Shown: positions 1-7,323 of the stretch, piece after piece | How positions within the stretch are numbered: the stretch's first letter is position 1 | Layout of the letters: each line of letters opens with the position of its first letter | Origin: Mycolicibacterium smegmatis | GTDB taxonomy: Bacteria > Actinomycetota > Actinomycetes > Mycobacteriales > Mycobacteriaceae | Assembly (NCBI RefSeq): GCF_001457595.1 | Contig: NZ_LN831039.1 | Span: 3,660,001 to 3,692,000 of the forward strand | Length of the DNA stretch: 32,000 nt | Direction: 5' to 3' | Notes under the pieces: model-generated | The model's input: only the letters and a program-made list of their open reading frames with translations | What the model was told of the DNA's origin: nothing | The model's database searches: none | Program-made: the position numbers and the translations under genes

Positions 1-204
1 AGCGCCGACCTCTTACGCATGGTCCGGCAGTTGTGTCACCGCCACGACGTGGCCGGCGTCGACGTGGTCGAGGTCGCGCCCGCCTACGACCACGCCGAAC
101 TGACAGTGAACGCCGCGCACCGCGTGGTGTTCGAGGCGCTCGCGGGTATGGCGGCGCGCAGGCGTGACGCGGCACAGGCCCAGCCGGGGCCACCCGCGCG
201 ATAG
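1..204 (+). CDS. C-terminal fragment of an arginase/agmatinase (ureohydrolase) family protein; the 5' end lies outside the window
   Basis: Frame 1 is open from base 1 to TAG at 202-204. The tail ...DVAGVDVVEVAPAYDHAELTVNAAHRVVFEAL... resembles the conserved C-terminal block of ureohydrolases. Strong GC3 bias. Confidence 0.6.
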   Translation, partial: SADLLRMVRQLCHRHDVAGVDVVEVAPAYDHAELTVNAAHRVVFEALAGMAARRRDAAQAQPGPPAR

Positions 205-283
205 CGCCTGAAGCGTCGGCTGCATAGGTTTCCTCAGTTTGGGTATTCCCTAGCCCGATTCGTCACGGGCGAGGAGGCAGCCG

Positions 284-2158
284 ATGAGTTCAGGAGTGCA
301 GACGGGCACCATCACCACACAGGTGCCCAGTCGGTTGGATCGGTTGCCGTGGTCGCGGTTCCACTGGCGGGTGGTGCTCGGACTCGGCGGGGTGTGGATC
401 CTCGACGGCCTGGAAGTCACCATGGTCGGCAACGTCGCGTCCCGACTCACCGAGAGCGGCAGCGGGATCGAGCTCAGCGCGGGCCAGATCGGTATCGCCG
501 CAGCGGTCTACATCACCGGAGCATGTCTGGGCGCGTTGTTCTTCGGTCAGCTCACCGACCGGTTCGGCCGCAAGAAGCTTTTCCTCCTCACCCTCGCTGT
601 CTATCTCGTCGCCACGGTCGCAACGGCTTTCGCGTTCGCGCCGTGGTTCTTCTTCGTCTGCCGCTTCTTCACCGGAGCCGGCATAGGCGGCGAATAAGCC
701 GCGATCAACTCCGCGATCGACGAGCTCATCCCTGCGCGGGTGCGCGGACGTGTCGACCTCATCATCAACGGCTCCTACTGGCTGGGCGCCGCAGGCGGCG
801 CCCTGGGCGCACTGCTGCTGTTGAACACGGCGATCTTCCCGGCCGACATCGGGTGGCGCATCGCGTTCGGTATCGGCGCGGTCTTCGGCCTGGTGGTGCT
901 GGTGGTGCGACGCCACGTGCCGGAGAGCCCACGATGGTTGTTCATCCACGGCCAGGAAGACGAGGCCGAGCGCGTGGTCGGTGAGATCGAGCGTGAGGTG
1001 GAACGCAGCACCGGCAGGCCCCTCGACGAGCCCGAAGGATCGCTGACGGTGCGTCAGCGCAAGACGATCTCGTTCGTCGAGATCGCGAAGGTCGCGTTCA
1101 CCAAGTACCCGAAGCGGGCGGTGCTCGGGCTCGCCCTGTTCATCGGGCAGGCATTCATCTACAACGCGTTCACCTTCAACCTCGGAACGCTGTTGAGCGG
1201 TTTCTTCGACGTCGCCTCGGGTGCGGTGCCGATCTTCTACGCGGTGTGGGCGTTGAGCAACTTCGCCGGGCCGATCCTGCTCGGCCGGCTGTTCGACACC
1301 GTCGGCCGCAAACCGATGATCGCGCTGGCCTACCTCGGCTCGGCCGCGGTCGCGGTCATCCTGACGGTCCTGTTCGTCAACGAGATCGGCGGCGTGTGGC
1401 TGTTCATGCTGGTGCTCGGCGTGTGCTTCTTCCTGGCGTCGTCGGGCGCGAGCGCGGCGTATCTCACGGTCAGCGAGATCTTCCCCATGGAGACGCGTGC
1501 GCTGGCCATCGCGTTCTTCTACGCGATCGGCACGGCCGTCGGCGGCATCACCGGTCCCCTGCTGTTCGGCCAGCTCATCGAGTCCGGCGAGCGCGGACTG
1601 GTCGCGGTGTCGTTCCTGATCGGCGCCGCAGTGATGGCGGTCGGCGGTGTGGTCGAACTGATCCTCGGGGTCAAGGCCGAGGGCCAGAAGCTCGAGGACC
1701 TCGCGATGCCGCTCACCGCCGATGAGGGCGACGGGGAGTCGGGCGGAGATGCCGAGAACGCCGATGATCAGGCCGACGAGCGGGCGCGGGCGCGCAAGGA
1801 ACGCGAAGCCCGCATCGCCGCACGTGTCGAGCGTCAGAGGGCCGCGCAGAGTCGTGCCCGGCGGTACCGTCCCGGCCCGCCCCCGGGTTGGGAGGGCGCT
1901 TGGCGCGAGCCGCCGACGCCCGGTGTGCCGGAGTCCGCGCTGGACCACGAGATCGACGCGATCGCGCGGGCCGTCGCCGACAATGAGTCGATGACGGTTC
2001 GTGAACTGCACCGCGCGGTCGGCGCACAGTATTGGGGTCCGGGCGAGTTCCGCAAGGCGTTGCGGGAAGCCTTGGCGGAGAACTGGATCGCCCGGAAGGC
2101 GCGGGGGCGCGTCGGTCCCCCGAGCGGGATGGCCGAGCCCGGGACCCCGAATCGGTGA
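284..2158 (+). pseudogene. MFS transporter (12-TMS metabolite/sugar-porter-like, long charged cytoplasmic tail) interrupted by one in-frame TAA at 695-697
   Basis: ORFs 284-697 and 740-2158 are in the same frame. Read-through gives ...[38 protein letters not shown]..., a continuous MFS loop 2-3/TM4-5 motif in which homologues, as I recall them, carry Tyr (GIGGEY). SD gaggagg lies upstream of ATG 284. MFS motif [11 protein letters not shown] is present. Confidence 0.7.
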
Positions 2159-2165
2159 CCGGTCG

Positions 2166-2405
2166 ATGACCCTGGCCTGCCGGGTGTTCGGACACGACCC
2201 CACGTTCCGCGTCGACGGCCGCACCATGCGGTGGGAGTGTGCGCGCTGCGGCGAGGCGCGCGGCGCCAAGGATTACGCCTCCGAGGCGGACGCACGTCGC
2301 TTCGCCACCGCGTTCAACAAGCGTGACACCGACGACATGGGCAAGCGCGCACCTCTGCTCGGCCTGTTGCCGCTGCGACTGTGGCGGATGCTGAAGCGGC
2401 GTTAG
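2166..2405 (+). CDS. small (79 aa) Cys/His zinc-ribbon-like protein with a basic hydrophobic C-terminal helix; DUF1660-like N-terminus
   Basis: ATG at 2166 lies 8 nt after the MFS stop. Very high GC3. MTLACRVFGHD...RWECARCGE gives a C-x4-H...C-x2-C pattern. The tail is APLLGLLPLRLWRMLKRR. Confidence 0.5.
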   Translation: MTLACRVFGHDPTFRVDGRTMRWECARCGEARGAKDYASEADARRFATAFNKRDTDDMGKRAPLLGLLPLRLWRMLKRR

Positions 2406-2417
2406 TCCGGGATCAGA

Positions 2418-3302
2418 TCAGGCCTTGACGAGGGTGAACTGGCAGACGTCGGTGTAGCCCTCGCGGAAGAGGTCCGCACAACCGGTGAGGTACTTCATGT
2501 ACCGCTCGTACATCTCTTCGGATTGCACCGCGATGGCCTCGTCCTTGCGGCCGCGCAGCGTCTCGGCCCAGATGTCGAGCGTCTTCGCGTAGTGGGGTCG
2601 CAGCGACTGCACGCGGTCGACCCGGAACCCCGCGCGCTGCGCGTGCTCGGAGACCTGCGCGACGTAGGGCAACTCCCCGCCCGGGAAGATCTCGTCCATG
2701 ATGAACTTGAAGAACCGCAGCTTGCGCATGGTCAGGGGAAGCCCGCGCTGCGACATCTCGTCGCCGCTGGGCTTGACGATGGTGTGCAGCAGCATCACGC
2801 CGTCGTCGGGCAGAGCGGTGTGGGCCATCCGGAAGAAGTCGTCGTAGCGGTCGGCACCGAAGTGTTCGAAGGCACCGATCGAGACGATCCGGTCCACGGG
2901 TTCGTCGAACTGCTCCCACCCCTGCAGCAGCACGCGGCGGGACCGCTCGGTGTCGGTCTCGGCGAACGACCGCTCGACGTGGGCCTGCTGGTTCTTGCTG
3001 AGTGTCAGCCCCACGACGTCGACGTCGTAGCGCGACAGTGCGCGCCGCAACGTCGCGCCCCATCCGCAGCCGATGTCGAGCAGTTTCATGCCGGGCTGCA
3101 GCCCGAGTTTGCCCAAGGACAGGTCGATCTTGGCGAGCTGGGCCTCTTCGAGGGTCATGTCGTCCCGCTCGAAGTAGGCACAGCTGTAGGTCTGTGTCGG
3201 GTCGAGGAACAGACGGAAGAACTCGTCCGACAGGTCGTAGTGGGACTGGACGTCCTCGAAGTGCGGTTGAAGTGCCACGTCTTCTCTGGTGTTTCTGGGC
3301 AC
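2418..3302 (-). CDS. mycolic acid cyclopropane synthase/methyltransferase family (CMAS, CmaA/MmaA-like SAM-dependent methyltransferase)
   Basis: HFEDVQSHYDLSDEFFRLFLDPTQTYSCAYFERDDMTLEEAQ, LLDIGCGWGA (SAM motif I), VSIGAFEHFG and YMKYLTGCADLF closely follow my recollection of M. tuberculosis CmaA1. The track ORF extends to 3398, but codons 3303-3398 have poor GC3. The likely start is GTG 3302 (SD aaagg) or GTG 3278 (giving MALQPHF). Confidence 0.85.
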   Translation of the reverse strand: MPRNTREDVALQPHFEDVQSHYDLSDEFFRLFLDPTQTYSCAYFERDDMTLEEAQLAKIDLSLGKLGLQPGMKLLDIGCGWGATLRRALSRYDVDVVGLTLSKNQQAHVERSFAETDTERSRRVLLQGWEQFDEPVDRIVSIGAFEHFGADRYDDFFRMAHTALPDDGVMLLHTIVKPSGDEMSQRGLPLTMRKLRFFKFIMDEIFPGGELPYVAQVSEHAQRAGFRVDRVQSLRPHYAKTLDIWAETLRGRKDEAIAVQSEEMYERYMKYLTGCADLFREGYTDVCQFTLVKA

Positions 3303-3341
3303 GAGCGCCTTTGGCTGGTCGAAGGTGATGTATGTGATGGC

Positions 3342-3359
3342 GTTCCCGAAAACGGGAAC
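3342..3359. promoter_or_regulatory. perfect 7-bp inverted repeat GTTCCCG-aaaa-CGGGAAC in the divergent region between the CMAS gene and the acidic small gene; candidate operator or leader hairpin
   Basis: Read directly from the sequence. The right arm can alternatively pair with the following ttcccc (3361-3366). Confidence 0.25.
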
Positions 3360-3478
3360 ATTCCCCGTCGATCGCGCGATGACCGGACCATACCTCATGG
3401 ACCTGTGAACGTTGAATCCCCTGTCGGCCGGGAGGACAATCGACGGTGCCGACGCCGTTCGCGCAGAAAGGGACGATC

Positions 3479-3703
3479 ATGACGCAAGCCAGCGACCGCC
3501 CATTCGATGACTTCGCACCCGAGGCCGATGCCGTTGACCAGCTTCGATCGGTGCGGGTCGACGACGACGAGGCAAACCTCGACACTGCGCTCGCCGACGT
3601 GCAGCTTCGGGTGTCGGCCCAGCCCGACGCCAACGAGGCAGATCTTTTGGAGCAGGCGATCGTGGTGCCGGTCGACGACGACGATCTCGACTTCGAGCAG
3701 TGA
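3479..3703 (+). CDS. small (74 aa) highly acidic hypothetical protein
   Basis: ATG 3479 is preceded by SD aaaggga. GC3 bias is acceptable. The product is D/E-rich (…VRVDDDEANLD…VPVDDDDLDFEQ). I recognise no family. Confidence 0.45.
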   Translation: MTQASDRPFDDFAPEADAVDQLRSVRVDDDEANLDTALADVQLRVSAQPDANEADLLEQAIVVPVDDDDLDFEQ

Positions 3704-3745
3704 TCCGCCCCGTACCTGAATCGATGCGAGGAATTCCCCACGACG

Positions 3746-4072
3746 ATGGAGACACGCGCAGTGCCGATACGTGATGCCCTCGACCGTCTGACCGACGACA
3801 CCGACGCCTCCAGGGTGTTCGGTGAGCCGTACGTGACCCCGGACGGGGCCACCGTGATCCCTGTCAGCACAGTGGGGCGTCACGGTGCGCGCCCGGCCGG
3901 GGTGTTCGTCGTCACGGACGGCAAGCCGGTGTGGGAGCCGGCGGTCGATTCGACGCGGATCGCGATGCTGGGCGAGCTGATCGGCCTCGTGGCGGCCACG
4001 CTCGCCACGGTCGCTATGGTGCGTCGTCCGCCATGGCCCGACGTGCGGGTGACCGTCTCGCGGAAATCCTGA
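3746..4072 (+). CDS. GerW/YtfJ-like (sporulation-protein YtfJ family) small protein with a C-terminal hydrophobic helix
   Basis: VFGEPYVTPDGATVIPVSTV matches the YtfJ/GerW core motif as I recall it. SD gaggaa lies upstream. It sits next to the Mpt53/CcdA pair, as I recall for Rv2876 in M. tuberculosis. Confidence 0.65.
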   Translation: METRAVPIRDALDRLTDDTDASRVFGEPYVTPDGATVIPVSTVGRHGARPAGVFVVTDGKPVWEPAVDSTRIAMLGELIGLVAATLATVAMVRRPPWPDVRVTVSRKS

Positions 4073-4907
4073 CACGCCAGAGCAGGCCGAGACCGATCAG
4101 CACCAGCAGCCCGATCGCCCACGGCAGCGCACCGTGCTGGTGCACCCACCCGGCCAGGGTGCCCTGGATCTTGCCCGCTGCCGCGATCACCGGGTCGTAG
4201 GGATCGCCGCTGCCGCTGAACAATCGGACCTCGTAGAGCCCGTAGTAACCGACATACGCACCTACCAGGATCAGCAGTGCTCCGCTGATCCTGTTGGCGT
4301 ACGGCAGGATCCGGCGCATGCGGTCGATCACGACGGTGCGGGCCAGTGCGGTCGCCACCGCCAGCACTCCGACGACGAGCGTGAATCCCGCTGCGTAGGA
4401 GGCGAAAACCCCGACGCCGCGCAGCGGTGTGCCCGATCGCAGCCCCGCCCCGGTGACCGCCAGGAACGGTCCGATCGTGCACGACAACGACGCCAGCGCA
4501 TAGCCGACGCCGTACCCGAGCATCGAACCCATGCGCGCGGTCGGTGCCCAACGCGGGTTGTCCGCAAGCGAGTTCGGCATCAGCACACCGAGACGACGGC
4601 CCGCGAGCAACCAGATGCCGAGGCACACCAGGATCAGGCCGATGACCACCGTGACGTAAGGCAGATAGCGCTGCACGGTGCTCGCGGTGGCCACGGTCAG
4701 CGCGGTGAACGTGCCGAACACCGCGACGAACCCGGCGGCCATCGCGACTGTGGCCAGGGCCGCGCGGCCAAGGGCCCGCGCTCCTGTCGCGGCGTTCTCA
4801 CCACGCACCACGAGTGCGAGATATCCGGGCAGCAGCGCGAATCCGCAGGGATTCAGCGCGGCGACCAGACCTGCCCCGAAGGCCAGCCCCAGGAGGTCCT
4901 GTTCCAC
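4014..4907 (-). CDS. cytochrome c biogenesis CcdA/DsbD-family membrane thiol-disulfide electron transporter
   Basis: The N-terminus is GLVAALNPCGFALLPGYL. A second Cys lies in LASLSCTIGPFLAV, the paired membrane-embedded cysteines typical of CcdA. The protein is polytopic and hydrophobic. Its start is 4 nt downstream of the mpt53 stop, so the two form an operon. Confidence 0.85.
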   Translation of the reverse strand: MEQDLLGLAFGAGLVAALNPCGFALLPGYLALVVRGENAATGARALGRAALATVAMAAGFVAVFGTFTALTVATASTVQRYLPYVTVVIGLILVCLGIWLLAGRRLGVLMPNSLADNPRWAPTARMGSMLGYGVGYALASLSCTIGPFLAVTGAGLRSGTPLRGVGVFASYAAGFTLVVGVLAVATALARTVVIDRMRRILPYANRISGALLILVGAYVGYYGLYEVRLFSGSGDPYDPVIAAAGKIQGTLAGWVHQHGALPWAIGLLVLIGLGLLWRVRISARRSPARRAMADDAP

Positions 4908-4911
4908 CCGA

Positions 4912-5442
4912 TCAGCTGTTCAGCGCCGCGACGCGGTCCGACAACTCCTGCTTCGACATGGCCGACGTGGGGTTGTTGACGAAGGTGGACGATCCGTCGG
5001 CGCGGTAGAACACGTAGGCCGGCTGCCACGGCACGTTGTAGCGCGCCCAGATGGAGCCGTCGGCGTCGTTGAGGTTGGTGAAGTTCAGGTTGTACTTGTC
5101 GACGAATCCCTGCATCGCCGCGACGTCCGAGCGGGCCGCCACACCGACGAACGTGACCTCCGGGTTGGCGGCGGCAACCTGACCGACCGAAGGCGCCTCG
5201 GCGTTGCAGAACGGGCACCACGGCGTCCAGAACCACAGCACGGCCGGTTTCCCGGCCAGGCTCGAACCGTCGAACGACGCACCGGAGAGCGTCGTACCCG
5301 TGAACTGCAGTCGGTCGTCGGCGACCGCCGACGGCGCCAACACCAGCGCGGTTGCCAGCACCACCGTGGCGACCACCGCCGACAACGTGCCGAGCACGCC
5401 CGGCCTGGCCGTTGCACCCGTCCGCAGGAACCCCATCTTCAT
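4912..5442 (-). CDS. mpt53: secreted thioredoxin-fold disulfide oxidoreductase Mpt53 (DsbE)
   Basis: DDRLQFTGTTLSGASFDGSSLAGKPAVLWFWTPWCPFCNAEAP...KYNLNFTNLNDADGSIWARYNVPWQPAYVFYRADGSSTFVNNPTSAMS is near-identical in pattern to M. tuberculosis Mpt53 as recalled. It has a signal peptide, a CPFC active site, and SD AAGGAG 8 nt before ATG 5442. Confidence 0.9.
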   Translation of the reverse strand: MKMGFLRTGATARPGVLGTLSAVVATVVLATALVLAPSAVADDRLQFTGTTLSGASFDGSSLAGKPAVLWFWTPWCPFCNAEAPSVGQVAAANPEVTFVGVAARSDVAAMQGFVDKYNLNFTNLNDADGSIWARYNVPWQPAYVFYRADGSSTFVNNPTSAMSKQELSDRVAALNS

Positions 5443-5469
5443 GACACCATCTCCTTCGCTGCAGGGTCA

Positions 5470-5488
5470 GCGCGCACGCGGTGCGCGC
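5470..5488 (-). terminator. GC hairpin GCGCGCAC-gcg-GTGCGCGC between the LLM stop and the mpt53 start
   Basis: Perfect 8-bp stem with a 3-nt loop, seen directly. There is no U-tract, which is common in mycobacteria. Confidence 0.3.
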
Positions 5489-5560
5489 ACACCCTGTGGC
5501 ACGACGGTAGGAACCGTGCGGTTCAACCGGGCAGTTTGCCGATGTCCTCGGGTCGAGGGA

Positions 5561-6436
5561 TCAGTTCTGCCGAGGCAACAGTTCCCCGACGAAACGCTCC
5601 AGAAACGCCTCGCGGTCACCGGATCCCACCGGCCGCACGACGAATTTGGTGAGCCCCGCGTCGACGTAGGCGTCGATGCGGCGGTGCAGCGTGGGCCAGT
5701 CGGCCGCGATCAACTCGGCGGGGTCGACCTCGGGTCGGCGCCGGCGCGCCATGTCATAGACGTCGTCGGGGATGTCCCCGGCCGCCACCGCGAGACTGAT
5801 GCCGTAGTGGTCGGGTTCGATCTCGCGGCCCGCCGCTTGTGCCTCGCGCTCGATGGTGCGACGTGCCGCGCCCGCCTCGACAGGTGTGAGGAAGCTGCCC
5901 AGCCATCCGTCGGCCAGACGCCCGATCCGTGCCAGCGCGACGGGTCCTGACCCGCCCAGCCAGATGTCGACCGGCTTCGCGGGCACCGGTTGCACGTCGG
6001 CGGATCGCACTTTGAAGAACTCGCCGTCGAAGCTCACGTCACGCCCACGCAGGACCGCGTTGAGCAGTTCGAGGGATTCGTCGAACACCGCCCCGCGCCG
6101 CCCCCGCGGCACGGTGAACACGTCGCGCTCGGCGGTCAGGGCCGAGTGCAGGCCGAACGCCGGCAACACCCGCCTGGGCGCGAGGGCGGCCAGCGACGCC
6201 ACCTGCTTGGCCACGAGGACGGGGTGACGGCCCGGCAGGATCGCCACCGAGGTGCCTGCCTTGAGTCGCGTGGTGCGGGACAACGTGTACGCCATCCCGA
6301 TGAACGGGTCGACCGCCGGGCTGTAGACCAACTCGCTGAACCAGACGGAGTCGGCTCCGCTGCTCTCCAGGTAGTCGACGATGCCGGGCAGGTCCTCGGG
6401 CGTGGTGTCCGCTCCGAGGCCGACCCCGAAGCGCAC
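5561..6436 (-). CDS. luciferase-like monooxygenase (LLM) class oxidoreductase, probably F420-dependent
   Basis: VRFGVGLG...DSVWFSE...GTSVAILPGRHPVLVAKQVASL...IWLGGSGPVALARIGRLADGW is typical LLM/TIM-barrel sequence. I prefer GTG 6436, which is preceded by SD gaggggaag. The alternative ATG 6457 lies 1 nt from a 16-bp hairpin and has no SD. Confidence 0.85.
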   Translation of the reverse strand: MRFGVGLGADTTPEDLPGIVDYLESSGADSVWFSELVYSPAVDPFIGMAYTLSRTTRLKAGTSVAILPGRHPVLVAKQVASLAALAPRRVLPAFGLHSALTAERDVFTVPRGRRGAVFDESLELLNAVLRGRDVSFDGEFFKVRSADVQPVPAKPVDIWLGGSGPVALARIGRLADGWLGSFLTPVEAGAARRTIEREAQAAGREIEPDHYGISLAVAAGDIPDDVYDMARRRRPEVDPAELIAADWPTLHRRIDAYVDAGLTKFVVRPVGSGDREAFLERFVGELLPRQN

Positions 6437-6458
6437 CTTCCCCTCGATCGATGTCATG

Positions 6459-6495
6459 CCGGGCACAACGCGCGATCGCCGCGCGTTGTGCCCGG
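6459..6495 (-). terminator. 16-bp perfect GC-rich hairpin (CCGGGCACAACGCGCG-atcgc-CGCGCGTTGTGCCCGG) downstream of the Gly/Pro-rich gene
   Basis: Arms at 6459-6474 and 6480-6495 are exact reverse complements. The hairpin starts 24 nt after the stop at 6519. Confidence 0.5.
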
Positions 6496-6518
6496 TCAGC
6501 CGGATCAGACCGGTGCGG

Positions 6519-7139
6519 TCAGTTGAACCCGACGCCGAAGATCGGGATCCAGATACCGAACAGCCACACACCCCACTGACGGAAACCGTCGTGCCACACG
6601 GGGTTCAGGTTGTATCCCCAGTAATTGATGGTGTGTGGCAGCGGTCCGCCGTTCCAGTGCACGGGCGGAGGTGGACCCCAGCCCCACGGTGGCGGTCCCT
6701 GGCGGTCGTCCCACCAGTCGTGGCGGTTGTTGGCCCACCATGGTCCCTTGTCCGGACCGTGGCCGGGATCGTGCCAACCGGGGCCTCCTGGCCCTCCGGG
6801 CCCGTCGTGCCTGCCGGGGCCGCCCGGCCCGCCGGGTCCCGGGCCGTCATGCCTACCGGGGCCACCGGGGCCCTCGTGCCCACCGGGGCCGCCCGGGCCA
6901 CCGTGCCCAGGACCACCCGGCCCACCCGGTCCACCGTGTCCTGGACCACCCGGCCCACCGGGTTTACCCGGCCCGCCGTCACAGAACGGGAAACACCCAC
7001 CGTCGCCGGGTTTCAGCGGGACCGGCGCCGCCGGACCTGCCGATGCGACGGGCGTACCGAACGCCGTGGCACCGAAGCCGAGCGCACCGACGGTCAGTGC
7101 CGCGGCCACGAACCTCGTCGTCGTCGTTTTCACAATCAT
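6519..7139 (-). CDS. secreted Gly/Pro/His-repeat protein with a Trp-rich C-terminal domain (206 aa)
   Basis: SD AGGAGAG lies 6 nt before ATG 7139. The signal peptide MIVKTTTTRFVAAALTVGALGFGATAFGTPVASA|GP has an AxA cleavage site. The mature protein has CFPFC, then about 80 aa of GGPGGPGH / GPGRHDGPG repeats. Its C-terminal region has 15 Trp and ends WGVWLFGIWIPIFGVGFN. Confidence 0.7.
   Translation of the reverse strand: MIVKTTTTRFVAAALTVGALGFGATAFGTPVASAGPAAPVPLKPGDGGCFPFCDGGPGKPGGPGGPGHGGPGGPGGPGHGGPGGPGGHEGPGGPGRHDGPGPGGPGGPGRHDGPGGPGGPGWHDPGHGPDKGPWWANNRHDWWDDRQGPPPWGWGPPPPVHWNGGPLPHTINYWGYNLNPVWHDGFRQWGVWLFGIWIPIFGVGFN
6741..6977 (-). repeat. degenerate tandem coding repeat (GGC/CCN-rich) encoding the Gly-Pro-His low-complexity segment
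   Basis: Reiterated ggnccnggnggncc units with periodic His codons. The opposite strand reads as a PGPPGPPGP shadow ORF. Confidence 0.7.
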
Positions 7140-7323
7140 CACCAACTCTCCTGATGTTCAGGACCCGGGTGCCGGCGATCCCCCCATCTCCGGCACCGCA
7201 GCGTCTTCGGCATACCGGCCACGAACGGGACGCGGGTTTCCTGCATCAGACGTGCACCCCGGTTGGCTTATCGGACCGACTCGCGTCGACGTTACCGATC
7301 CGCGCCGGGATAACCTGGGCCGG

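Noticed and set aside
290-2269. 659-aa minus-strand ORF antisense to the MFS gene
   Set aside because: The translation is Arg/Pro/Asp-rich and low-complexity, with no recognisable domain. The plus strand encodes a clear MFS protein with better third-position bias. This is a typical GC-rich shadow ORF.
2413-3870. 485-aa minus ORF and 319-aa plus ORF (2523-3482) overlapping the CMAS gene
   Set aside because: They are alternative frames or the opposite strand of a gene with unambiguous CmaA-like sequence. They have no domain signal.
6741-6977. Possible CRISPR or other non-coding tandem repeat array
   Set aside because: The units are short, degenerate and in-frame codon repeats (Gly-Pro-His) inside a CDS. 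There are no unique spacers and no cas genes.
6625-7323. Collagen-like PGPPGPPGP N-terminal extension of the 715-aa plus-strand ORF
   Set aside because: It is the reverse complement of the Gly/Pro repeat gene, which has an SD, a signal peptide and a defined stop. The glycosyltransferase homology only begins at ATG 7324.
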